Assembly: GCA_951406725.2 (NCBI GenBank)
Contig: OX597821.1
Coordinates: 102,320,001-102,444,000 of the forward strand
Origin: Octopus vulgaris
Taxonomy: Eukaryota
Direction of reading: 5' to 3'
DNA length: 124,000 nucleotides
Positions within the stretch are counted from its first letter, which is position 1; each line of letters opens with the position of its first letter. A program made the position numbers and the translations under genes. Under the pieces are notes generated by a model, which saw only the letters and a program-made list of their open reading frames with translations, did no database searches and was not told the origin of the DNA. Below, one piece after another: positions 1-12,699 of the stretch.

Positions 1-170
1 ACATAGCACTGAAGAAAAGTATACAGTATCAGGTTAGGAAGAAGCTCAGTGTTGATTCATCCAACGAGTCGCTGATACTCAACAAGACTAATCATCTAGC
101 AGAGCACAAGAAAATTGTAAATCATCCGAAACCATTTCGATAATGAATGAATTCCTAACACATTTGCTAC

Positions 171-480
171 TTGAATAACTGTCCATTACACACACATGCA
201 CACATGCACGTACACACACACACACCCACACACCTCTATATATATATATACATGTGTGTGTACACATATCTACCTACCTACCTACCTATCTATCTATCTA
301 TCTATATATATATATATATATATATACATGTGTGTGTACACATATCTACCTACCTACCTACCTACCTACCTACCTACCTATCTATCTATCTATATATATA
401 TATATATACATATATATACACACACACATATATATAAATATATATGTATGTATGTATGTATACATATGTATATATACTGA
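171..480. repeat. Compound microsatellite (CA)n/(TA)n/(CTAC)n/(CTAT)n with internal duplication
   Basis: Direct reading; source of several spurious ORFs. Confidence 0.95.
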
Positions 481-2889
481 ATGTCAATAAATCAAGAAAA
501 ACAAATGTACATTGGTAGTCATCCAGAGCTATCCTTTATGGAGTAAGTGTATTTCAAAAGAATGTATATAGGAAAGGGATAGAAATCATCCTAGCAGTGA
601 CTGGTGAGATGCTAAATGGGCATTTCTGCTTGTACTTCAAGCCAACTGCATGCTTAGATGAAATCTATTGCCACAAATACAGGAAAACTGTGAATAAACA
701 GTCACTGATGTTGCAAATATTCTCCTGCCTGAATAAAAACCTGTTATATGCAACAGAATCACTATTGGATAAAAATAGATATGTATGTATCATACTTAAT
801 GTAAATACACAGTGAAAAGCAAATCTACTGGGGTATTCATCTGGAGATAATATCTATAATGGACGTGCAGTGTTTAAAAACACAATATATATCAGAGGTG
901 GACATAGATTGTCCTAGTAGTAGCTGAGAATGTTAGATGTGTATGTCTTCCTCATATGGCATTGTCAGTGGTATGTATTCTCAGCCAACTGATAACATGT
1001 ATGTACATTATTAAATAAAGTAATTTGACCACTCTTTTCCAATCCTCAGTGTCTCTTAGTGTGGGAGAGATTGTCCCCTGCTACATTACAAACACTGCAT
1101 TAGCACATTTTAAAGTGGTTTGTTACTCTTTTCAAGCCTAGTCAGGTTCATGGGCCCAGTTTCTGTGGTGTATGTGTTCCCCCCAGCTGGACAGGATGCC
1201 AGTCCATCGCAGCATTACTCAAGAAACAGGAAGAGAGAGTGAGAGAAAGATGTGGCGAAAGAGTACAACAGGGGTCACCCCTCCCCTGCCGGAGCCTCGT
1301 GGAGCTTTAGGTGTTTTCACTCAATAAACACACAACACCCGGTCTGAAAATCGAAACTGCAATCCTCCGACCGCGAGTCTGTTGCCCTAACCACTGGCCA
1401 ATTGCGCCTCCACATTGTAAAGTGGTAAACTGGTAGAATTGTTAGCATGCAGGGAAAAATGCTTAGGAGCATTTCATCCATCTTTACCTTCTGAGTTCAA
1501 ATTTTGCTGAGGTTGACTTTGCCTTTCATTCTTTTGGGGTCAATAAAATAAGTACCAGTTGAGTACAGGGATCGATGTAATTGACTTAACCCCTCCCCCG
1601 AAATTTCTGGCCTTGTGCCAAAATTTGAAACCAGTATTTCCTTATTGTTAGGCAGTGACCTGCAGAATCATTAGTGTTGGAGGAATCGTTAGAAAGGCAG
1701 TGAGCTGGCAGAAACGTTAGCACGCCGGGTGAAATGCTTAGCAGTATTTTGTCTGCTGATATGTTCTTGAGTTCAAATTCCACCGAGGTTGACTTTGCCT
1801 TTCATCCTTTCAGGGTTGATAAATTAAGTACCAGTGTTTCACTGGGGATCAATGTAATTGACTTAATCCCTTTATCTGTCCTTGTTTGTCCCCTCTGTGT
1901 GTAGCCCCTTGTGGGCAGTAAAGAAATAAGAATCATTAGTGTTGGGTGGAAAAAAAAAAACGTCCTTGTGGTATTTCTTCCAGCACTTTATGTTCTGAGT
2001 TCAAATCCTGACAAGGTCAATTTTATCTTTCATCTCTTCAAAATTGATAAATTCAGGAACAAGGAATAATGTAATTGTCTAAACCCCTCTCTCAAATTTG
2101 CTAACCTTGCACCTAAACCAGAAACAATATTTCACTACTATACCCCATCCAAAATATTTCATAATGGTTTAAAACTCACCTGTTTCATTTATAAGCATTT
2201 TTTGCTTCTATTGTACTTTGGACTGTGTTTTGACCTAACAAGAATTCAGCTGATGTCATGTTCACAGACTATATTTATGATATTAATATTTTAGATGTGG
2301 CTGGGGCTAACTTTGCCTTTCAACTTTGTAGGGTCGATAAAATAAGTACCAGTTGAGCACTGGGGGTCAATGTAATTGATTTATCCACTCCCCTGAAATT
2401 GCTGGCCTTGTACCAAAATTTGAAATCAATATTTTAGATGAAACATTTTTACTCTATATAATCCATTATCTTTCAGCTTCCAAATTTTAAGAAAATTTCA
2501 CAAATAATATTTTTTTTCACCTTTTTTTTTTAAAGAAATAAGAACACATTAGATGACATAATCTGGAAGTACACGAAATAAAATCAAATAAATTTAATTT
2601 TACATACTGTTTAAATTGTTCTCTTTCTTCATGTGCCATGCAAACCTACAGATGTTTGGCAATCATGGAACTCCATACCATCTATTTCTGGAGGACACTG
2701 GTAAAGTCCTCCAAGTATCCTCCCTCACTCCCTGTTTTCATCCTTTTTGTTTCTCTGTTGTCACCATATGCTCAAGGTGTTTCTTGTCATATGGAATCCA
2801 ATAAATTGAGCCTCCTTGAGTTGTTGAGAAGTATAAAGACAAATCATGACTCTTCAGACTTTAAATATAAATAAATAAATAAATTGTGG

Positions 2890-3075
2890 TGTTAGCAGTG
2901 TTATGGGCTGTGATGAGCTATGTGGTGTTGGTGGAGAGGATGGTAGGTGAGGCAAAAGGGAAGTGAAGACTGCAGGGGCTGGTGGAAGAGTGAAAGGGGC
3001 ATGCATGGGTAGGAAGCATGTGTAGGGAGTTCGAGCAGAGATGGCAGAGAGGCAAGATGTGTTTAATTCGTGAGA
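2890..3075 (-). mobile_element. Short Penelope-like fragment related to the 62-63 kb element
   Basis: Purine-rich sequence similar to 62880-63040 (ggtaggtgagg...gagcagaga..gcagag). Confidence 0.45.
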
Positions 3076-4580
3076 GTGACCACTGATTCTGCCGAGGTCA
3101 ACAGGTAAGGCCTTTTGTATTTCTTTCTCCCGTTTACTTCTTTTTCTGTTGTCCTTTTCTTCCATCGCACCACATAAATATTGCATGGAACACTAAACGT
3201 TTTCATTAAAATTTCAACATGATACCCTGTAAAACCTTTGGTATTTTGTATTTAAAATCTGAATACTTAATGCATTATAGAATAAAGTATTATAATTATC
3301 TAAGAGGGTGAGCTGACAAAATTATTAGTACATTGAGCAAAACACTTAGCAGCATTTCTTCTGTATCATTATGTTCTGAATTCATATTCTACTGTGACCA
3401 ATTTTGTCTTTCATTCTTTCAAGTCAATAAAATGAGTATGAATTGAACACTGGGACTCATATAATCAACTAACCTCTCTAACTAAAATTGCTGATCTTGA
3501 TCCAAAATTGAAACCTTTATAGTTATCTACTTAATTAATGCATTATAACATTTTAATTAATGCTGCCTTATATAATCAGGTGATACTGTGGATTTCTAAA
3601 TTTGAAGATTCATTATTTCTTTCCAACATGAAAGTGGTCTGCAGATTCTTATCCTTTTTTTTCTTTTTAGCCCCTGCATGTGAAAAGGTTCCCCATCATA
3701 GATATAATGTAGTGGTTCTTAAAGGGACAATTACCAGGCCCACCACTAAGAAATTTTTAGTTCATCCTCCTGGTTAACAAGAAGGCATTTGCATCATTAT
3801 AATACTTCTTTTTTTTTTATAAAAATGAAGCTTATGTTCATATAATTCTTCTTTTTATGTCAAAGTGTTGAACAAGTTATAAAAAATTAAAACCCATCTT
3901 AATTTTATTGAGCATGGTAATGTGTCCATCATCCTTTTCAAACTTTTCTGATCTCTTCCCTAGGGATAGGAGTAACCCTCTTATAATGTATCCAGGATGA
4001 GAATGGAATTATAATATAAGACTAAAAAACAAGCGAATAAGTGAATCTCTCTCAGTGGTAGGTTACCGTTTTCCGAAGGATTAACAGGCAGTTTACAGTC
4101 GTAAAATAGTGAAAGTAAATTGTCCTTAGAAAATGAAAAATGTCTTTCAGGTAGAAACCGGAAGTGACAACAGAGACATCCCGTAATTTCAAATAAACAC
4201 TATGTAACTAATATTTCGTTTTTGGATTTGGTTTGCAAGATTCTTTATATGAGTTCGTGTGTTGAAGCATATTCTGTTGTGTCTGGGGAGAGTCATTCTC
4301 TTTTAGTGCCTTATTATTTAATACACTCACCGGTAAAATTTCCACTTATTTCGTCTTTTTATTTTCCTAAAATTTTCGTTGCGTCTTGCAACCTTTTCAA
4401 TAGTCAAGTGGAAATTTTATCGGTGAGTGTTAAATAATAAGGCACTAAAAGAGAATGACTCTCCCCAGACTATGTAACTAAAACGTAAATTTACATATAT
4501 TTAATGTAACTTGAAAACTGTACATATGTTTTATATAATATGCAAGCAATCACATTTACGGGAAAACATTTTATAATCTA

Positions 4581-5172
4581 CGTAAGGTGTACTAGCCATC
4601 TGAATGTGGCTAGCCACTGGGGGTGGGATGTTACTGATGCTTTTAGCCCCAGGCGATCAACGTCACCAGATGGACTTTAGACACAAAATTTCAGTGCCCT
4701 TGTGTTATTTGCAAAGAGAGGTCATCCCCCCTCGACGCCTGGGGCTAAAAGCATCAGTAACACCCCACCCCCAGTGGCTAGCCACATTCAGATGGCTAGT
4801 ACACCTTACGTTGTCGAGCGGTTACTGTTTATATCTCGTTCAGAGATTTTTTAATGCTTTCAGACAGTTTTTCTAAATCAGTGACAGTGGTTGCTGTGAA
4901 AAACGTTAAATATTATTTGCAAGGGGTCTCCTTCATCGAAAACCGGTGTTTACCATGCGTTGACGAGAGGCAATTACCTTGAAACTATAGTCCGTATGTA
5001 GCACTTAGGTTTTCGAGGGAGGATGACCTCCCTTTGCAAATAACACAAGGGCACTGAAATTTTGTGTCTAAAGTCCATCTGGTGACGTTGATCGCCTGGG
5101 GCTAAAAGCATCAGTAACACCCCCACCCCCAGTGGCTAGCCACATTCAGATGGCTAGTACACCTTACGTTAT
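4581..5172. mobile_element. Foldback element with long TIRs, an extra internal copy of the terminus, and 13-bp flanking direct repeats
   Basis: 4580-4735 is the reverse complement of 5013-5169, and 4736-4811 repeats the right terminus. attttataatcta occurs at 4568-4580 and 5173-5185. Confidence 0.75.
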
Positions 5173-5792
5173 ATTTTATAATCTATACTTAATAAACTTG
5201 GGAGTGAAATGAAAAAGAATCAGCTGGATAGCAAGTTATAATATTATTCATTCGCATTATTAAATGAATAAATACGCTCCCAAATAATAGCTACCATCCT
5301 AAGAGAATATTTCAGAAAATAAACCAAGAGATAAATAGCATAACTGCGACTAAATCTAATACTTCTCCATAAACACTGTGTACGTGTTGTTGGTGAGTAA
5401 TAAACAGCTAAAGGTTATTTTCCCCTCCTACTTTTCAATATTTAACTAGAAGTTTCATAAAGACACGGAGAATATTGTCTCATGTTTCAAACTCGTTACT
5501 GTAACTATAAGTAAACAGAATAAATCCTCTAAGTTTCACAGTCCTAGATGTTGATGTTTCACTTGTGAGCTGAGAAAAGACATATACGTTTACACGCAAT
5601 ATTAACGTTTTATCCTCGCCGCATATTTTCTTTTCCTTTTTTCTTTTTAATCTTTTGTCTTCACAAAGCATTTTCATAATTTTGTCCTAAACGTCCATAC
5701 TTGTTTTCAGACTTTTAGCTAGCCTTTGTGTAATGTGTTCTGAATAATATAAGGCTTTCGTTTCATAAATCCCAACTCACTCTGGTTAGGTA

Positions 5793-5824
<32 letters not shown>

Positions 5825-5918
5825 GTGGGGTGGTACAATGTGTCTCATAGATGATGCACCAGGGAAATATGTCCTGCGTATCGCATGTGATAGACAGGAC
5901 ACTTTTATTTTCTTGCAG

Positions 5919-6022
5919 ATAGAACTTCGAAGGATTTAATGCCTAAAGAATTTTCTATTTCTCCTCACCAACGAATGTACAATTTTATAAATATACTTAT
6001 TGATTCTTTCATCACTATTTTG
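5919..6022 (+). CDS. Candidate internal exon of an unidentified gene (DRTSKDLMPKEFSISPHQRMYNFINILIDSFITIL)
   Basis: Strong acceptor (cacttttattttcttgcag) and donor (TTG|gtaagt). Only the phase-1 frame is open across 104 nt. No homology recognised. Confidence 0.35.
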
Positions 6023-7519
6023 GTAAGTATGAAGGAAATTATGCTTCACTGATGAAGTCAGAATAAGACCCGTTCACATCTAGAGTTGTCTCCCCTGTAC
6101 TTGATTGAAAGTAAAAAAAAAACTATTAAAATTTGACCAATATGATTTTCTCGTGCATATATTATTTCTAGTTATCATTTTAATGCATGAAACATTAAAA
6201 AAAAAAAACGACACTAACTAGGATTATTTTAATTGTTTTATTTTCCATGTTAATTAACAATCCGATCGTTTATCTCAACAATTATTTTAGCTTTATTAGT
6301 TGCTATTTTGAAGCAGATTAATAGTTATCATTTATCACGTAGTAGATTCGCTCATAAAAATGTCTAAGATCTGGTATTTCAAGTGTCATGAGCCTCGGGG
6401 TTAATTTTTCATTTTCTATCATGATTTTTGCCGCCTACTTGTCTACACCAATATTCTCCTACCACTAATTTTGTTGAAAAAGCTCACTATAAGTTTGATC
6501 ACATATTTCGTAATCCATGGGGCAATTTTGTATGCAATCCATTGGGGCCAGAATCATTCCACGAATGAAGTTAATAGTCATCGTAGAAGAGGTCGGCTAA
6601 AAATGTCTCTATAACCACTGTAGGCGCATTACCCACTTGACAGCAGGTAAACAAGCTGGCTATACAGAGATAGAGGACGTTACACAACATTAAGGTTGAG
6701 ACACGTGACCTTATCTCTTCCTCTTTAGCACTGGGACCTCGAACTGTAAAGATGTAATCTAGTCTCTCTCAACAACCACCAGCTAGCAGATAGGAGCACA
6801 ACTCTGAAGGCCATGGCTTTACACACCAACCATTCTATTTATCATTCCATTGTATATACGTGTGGCCACAATAAACATGTTTAAGTTGCAACCTCGCTTG
6901 TATGTTTTTCATCCGGGTTACTACCAGCGAAATTACAGCCTTCTGAGAGTCATATTAGGTGGCTCATAACGACCTGCACCATCTAAACCGCCTTCACGCC
7001 ATCCGATGGCCTCCTGAGAAATTATACAGGATTAACAACCAATGAGTATAATGGAAAGCTTACACAACACATGCAGGGATAGAGAAAACTCCACCTTCTT
7101 GTTCTATTTCATCTAGAGGCTCTAGGACCAAGAAAACGATTTTCTCAGCAATAAATAAAACCTCATAAGTGAGATCCCTCCTTATTCACCTGGAGCTCGT
7201 GAATACTAACCCTACTTTCACAAGAAACTACTTATATCACACAGTCTACAGTGTCCATCCATAGGAATAGTGAGCTATCGTGTGGTTGCTATAAAAGAAA
7301 CGTCCTGTTAATGAACCGTGAGCCACTGGCCGTTAATACCGAGGAAAAAGCACTTTAATTCTAATTAGCTCTTATGCAATTTCAGGATAAATAATCCTTT
7401 CTTAATTGATACTACGTTGTGAGATCGACCCTGGGACCTTATGCTGGTGAAGGGAACTTCTTAACCATTTGGCCATGCCTGGACGCACGAACGTAATGAA
7501 TATATATATATAAGTAATT

Positions 7520-8997
7520 ATTTTAATTTGCCCTTTTCGTCTATGCAGACGGTCAATTTAGCTTAGAGGTCACTTAATCGAACATATCAGGGGCTCCCTC
7601 TCTTGCAGCTTCTTGCTATGATTGAAGCACAGCTCCTGCCACAGTACTTGCATACCAAGAGGGTGGCTCGGCGCTCTGCATTTCTGTTGTTTTCCTTTCG
7701 CCGCTTCTCAACTTGTTTGTTTTTCTGTAGCTGCTCTCTAGCAGTTCCTTCCTTGACCACAGTCTTCCATGTTGTTCTGTCCTCAGCCCGCTCTTCCCAG
7801 GTGCTGACATCCAACTCACACTTGGACAAACTAGTTTTGCAAGTGTCCTTATACCTCAGTTTTGATCTTCCTCTTGGTCTCTTGCTCTGGGCCAGTTCTC
7901 CATAAAACAGTTGCTTCAGGATTCGATGGTCATCCATTCTGACATGCCCCAGCCACCCCAGTCTTCTCATACACAAGATAACTGTCATGCATTGAAGATT
8001 CGCCTGCGCCAGCACTTCAACATTGGTGACCTTGTCGCGCCATGTTAGGCCTCAGATCTTGCGGAGGCATCTGACATAGAAAATGCCGAGGCACCTTTCA
8101 TGTCTGCTGTACAAGGTTCATGTTTCAGATCCACAGAGAAGTGTGCTGAGAGCAGATGCTTCACAAATCCTCATCTTTGTCCTGATGTCTAATCTCTTGT
8201 TCTTCCATACTCGTTTTGTCAGCCTTCCCTACCCTGAGATTAATCTCATCATCAAGTGAAGTAATAGAGGAACTGGTAGACCCTAGACAGCAGAACCTGT
8301 CCACTTTCTCAAGCTCTTTGTCATCAAGCTTGATATGGCTTTTCACTGCGCCCTCCTGAGTGAGGATGACTGTCTTCTTTATACTGATGACCAAACCGAA
8401 GGCCTTGCATGCTGATGATAGGTGGTCCATCATTATTTGTAGAGTTAATTCACTGTGAGCAACAAGTGCCGCATCGTCGGCGAAGAGAAAGTCTCTTATT
8501 GTTGCTCTATTGATCTTAGTATTGGCCCAAAGTCTAGAAAGATCAAAGTGTGACCCATCAGTTCTCCAATAAAGGCAGACATCTCCTGGAAACTCTTGAA
8601 ATGCATACTGCAGCAATACAGCAAAGTAAATGCTGAAAAATATTGGTGCTAGGACATTACCTTGTTTTATTCCGCTGTTGATGTTGAAACTATCTGATAT
8701 TAAACTGTCAAACTGAATGGTGGCCTTCATGTCATCATGGAACGAAACAATGAGCTGCAGTAGTATTGGGGGACAGCCACATTTTCCAAGCACCATGTGC
8801 AGTCCTGATCTACTGACTGTATCAAATGCCTTTGTCAGATCGACAAATGTTCTTTATAGTGGTAATTGCTGCTCCCGGCATTTTTCTTGTAGTTGACGAA
8901 TGGAGACGATCATATCCATTGTTGAGCGGTTAGATCTAAAACAGCACTGGCTCTCTGGTAGCACTCTTTCTGCTAGCTTCTGAAGTCGTTTCAGAAT
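7520..8997 (-). mobile_element. 5'-truncated RTE-clade LINE (RT plus C-terminal region), degenerate
   Basis: RT motifs GIKQGNVLAPIFFSIYF and LFADDAALV, plus RRLGWLGHVRM, KRPRGRSKLRYKD and a C-terminal CKYCGRSC; frameshifts present. Confidence 0.92.
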
Positions 8998-9899
8998 TAT
9001 ATATACATATATATATGCATTTCTAGTCCTCATAAAGTCCTTGTACCGTTTTAAATATTAATAGCATTATATTCTACAATTAATATTTAGAAGCCGGATG
9101 GTTGATTAAATGAAAATGTAAATATCTGCATTATTCTGTTTGTCAAGATATGTGAGTGTTACGTTTTTAAGAAACTTAAAAACTATAGCACGAAATCGAA
9201 GACAACCGAACTCTAACATAAGGTTATGAATATCTATAATATACGCATCAAACTTAAATCAAGAATGTGGAATTTTCACGCGTTTCATTATTTGTTAGTA
9301 ATCAGCTTTGGCTGAGACACAACGATGTCAAAACATCAAGTGTCCCAAAGTCCTCTTACACTAATTAATCAAGCGTGTTATGAAAACACACTCGTCTGAA
9401 AGTTGTTCTCCACTGACGAAATACAACATCAATGTGCATATGTTCAAATCTGCTGGGATATATTAGGAATAAATATGGACGTCACCATTTTGATTCTCGT
9501 TGCTCAACTTGCACATGATGATTTGTATATGTATCTTCCGTCGTTAGACTGTAGCCATACTGGGGCACCACATTGAACAATCGATCATCAGGGCTTATCA
9601 TGTAAATGATGATACTTATTTTATCGCTCTCTATTTAAGACGGAACGTAAACACCAACACCGCTTTCCAAGCGGAGGTGAGGAACAAACACAAAGACACA
9701 TATTTAGCTCACCTATAAAGCTCTCTGCTTCATAGGCGACTCGCCAGACTCAAATGACCGGAGGTACATAACCTCTTTACAACTGGGGAGGGGGGAAGGA
9801 GGAAAGTATCATGGTCAGTGAATTTTGGAAACAAAGATTTCTAGAACTACTGGGTAAGGCGGATCGGTTCCATCTGTGTCATAATGACTTTCGAAGATG

Positions 9900-11035
9900 A
9901 TAGCGTCATCCTAGTCGATTTATGGAGAATTTTCTCTGATGAGGACATTGATTAAATACCTCTTTTTTGGATTAAAAAGGTTTCCAGGTCGAGTTTTTCA
10001 GGATCCTTGCTCTTTCGCCCAAGCAAAGCTTACGTTTGCTCCCGTTGAGGTACAAGTCCGGTAGTTCTCGGAGCCTCTATTTAATTATATATGGTATACC
10101 CTACTCTTTTAAATGCCATACATAGCTAGTCAGAGAGGTTATGGTATCCAAAAGGAGGACCTGTGGTTATTCAGATGCTGCTTGAACGAGTCGCCTCTGG
10201 AACCAACATATTTGAGTGTCTGTGCTGGTGGTGCTACAGCCGCTGCTGTTATTACTGGACGCGATCTTGGTGTCAGAGTTGCCACCACAGCCGGGCGCAT
10301 TGCTGGTACAGTTGGTATTGATGCTGCTTTTATTGGTGGATGTGTTGTTGCTAACGCTGCCGCTGTGGTCGCCAGCACCAGTTACCACCTTAGCCGCATA
10401 CACTATACCCTTGGAGCTCCATCGACCCCACCCCACTAGGAATTCATTGGAAATCCTACACGAACATCCTGCTTCTGTTCGTGGCTTAGGGATACTCACT
10501 AATATTCTTTTAACGCTGGGCGCACAACAAACGCCCGCATCTGTGTGAAGTGTTTGTCCACTAATCTAAGGAATATCCTTCCCACGCAAATCTTGACGTT
10601 AAGTGACAAAGGTGAGGCAACCTAAGCGATTTTACGGTAGCGCTTCCTTTTGTGGGTGCTAGGGCTCAGCATAAAGAAGATGCAGTCCTTTGAACCCACG
10701 GGATGCCAAAGCCTCGTTGTAATAGGAGGCTACGGTGTCGAAAATTTCTTGTCTGGAGGACAAGTTCGAAATTCTCTTGTTGATACTCTTCACTAGGTTC
10801 TTGAACACGACAGGTGGATGATAGGAGGCTGTGTTAATGCACGAGTTTTTCGTTTGGTTTGCGGTAGGGCCTATAAGAACAGGTATTCGGGTCCAACGTA
10901 ACGTCTAAGAAGTTGAGAATGGGTCCAATTGAGCTAAGGGTGCGAATTAGGTCCTTCCCAAGCCTATCAAGGGTATGTCCGTTAGCTTCTTCAGAGATGG
11001 CTAAAGCATCATCTCAGTATAGAACAAAAGGTGTC
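9900..11035 (-). mobile_element. Penelope-like element fragment (RT C-terminus plus GIY-YIG endonuclease), degenerate
   Basis: Across frames it reads FLDVTLD...SYRPYRKPNEK...HPP, RIFLRLVDKHF, CSCR...KGIVYAAKV and KYVGSRGDSFKQHLNNHRSSF. Confidence 0.85.
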
Positions 11036-11158
11036 CAGTATATACAAATCCTATAAGGTCGTAGACATCAAAGAGACGACCGGGTCAGTTTGTCTGACAC
11101 AAGCCAGATCTTTATTGAACAGCGTTTTCGTAGCATGCCTAATTACATGTATGTATAC

Positions 11159-11209
<51 letters not shown>

Positions 11210-11518
11210 GTGGAGGCGCAATGGCCTAGTGGTTAGGGCAGCAAACTTGCGGTTTCGATTCCCAGACTGGGCGTTTTGAGTGTTTATGAAGCGAAAACAC
11301 CTAAAAGCCCCACGAGGCGCCGACAGGGGGTGGTGGGGAACCCTGCTGTACTCTTCCACCCCAACTTTCTTCCTGTTTCTGTTGTACCTGTATTTCAAAG
11401 GGTCAGCCATGTCACAGTGTCATGCTGAATCTTCCACTTGCACGTTAATTTCACGAGCAGGCTGTTCCGTTGATCGGATCAACTGAAACTCTCGTTGTCG
11501 TAACTGACGGAGTGCCAC
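11210..11518 (+). mobile_element. tRNA-headed SINE family D
   Basis: ggcgcaatggcctagtggttagggcagc...ggtttcgattccc head. Reverse copies at about 1215-1412 and 18990-19180; related heads at 36772-37095 and 114430-114722. Confidence 0.8.
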
Positions 11519-12667
11519 GGTGTGTATGTATGTATATATATATATATATATATACAAGCTCTTATTACAACTATTTTATGGGGACATGTTCAACCACATT
11601 TACATAAATTCAAGAGCAATATTCAAAAGACAAAATCCTCGTCGTTGAATGGCGGAGATCCATAACCAACATACAGACGTATGTGTGTGTGTGTTGGTTA
11701 TGAAAGGGAGTGTGCGAGGTGACGTTTTAAATATGAAGATATACAAGGACTTCTACAGATCCTGTCTACCTAATTCCACTCAAGAGGTTTTCGTCGTCCT
11801 AATGTTGGGACATTAAGCAATTCCCAGCTGTCACACAATGAATTTGAACCCAAAACCACAAAACTGTGGGTTGGACTTCTTAACTACGTATCTACGATAG
11901 CAATCTCATAATATCCCCGTCACTCAAAGACAATGTGGCCTCAGAGGGAAGTTTGTGGAGTTCATACGTTCTACATTGATCTTAGCAAAACCAAAGTAAC
12001 AAGGTCGATCGGTCGGCTACAAATAGCAGCCAATCGTCCTCTTAAATCAAACATTACTGTCTCACCATTATTTAACATTCACTTTCTCGACGCTTGCATA
12101 CTCTTTTACTTGTTTCAGTCACTTGACTGCGGCCATGCTGGAGCACCGCCTTTAGTCGAGCAAATCGACCCCAAGACTTATTCTTTGTAAGCCTAGTACT
12201 TATTCTATCGGTCTCTTTTGCTGAACCGCTAAGTTACAGAACGTAAACACGCCAGCATCGGTTGTCAAGCGATGTTGGGGGGACAAACACATACACACAC
12301 ATATATATATATATATATTACATATATGCGACGGGCTTCTTTCAGCTTCCGTCTACCAAATCCACTCACAAGACTTTGGTCGGCCCGAGGCGAAAGTAGA
12401 AGTCACTTGCCCAAGGTGCCATGCAGTGGGACTGAACCCGGAACCATATGGCTGGTAAGCAAGCTACATACCACACAGCTACTCCTGCACATGGGTCAGA
12501 TGGAATTTAATGAGGCACATTTTCTACAATCAGATGCTCTTTCTGTTTCCAAATAGGGCAATATTTCCCCATAGCCAGACACGTTTTCCACAGAAGACTG
12601 GAAATGACTATTGCGTGTATGACCGCGATGGTCACTCACAGCCATCACATGGGTGTTAAGACATGGG

Positions 12668-12699
<32 letters not shown>

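Noticed and set aside
171-490. ORFs such as MNNCPLHTHAH...YIYIYI and the many similar YIYI/HTHT/CVCV ORFs across the window
   Set aside because: Translations of (TA)n, (CA)n and (CTAC)n microsatellites; many start at non-ATG codons.
6049-6080. CTGATGA with a short stem (possible hammerhead); likewise 32270-32298, 9880-9915 and 89090-89190
   Set aside because: No correctly placed GAAA or no stem I/III pairing.
12272-12556. Recurrent ORFs like RRASFSFRLPNPLTRLWSARG... (also 13785, 39098, 67289, 91330, 118610)
   Set aside because: Reverse-strand translations of SINE family A, not a protein family.
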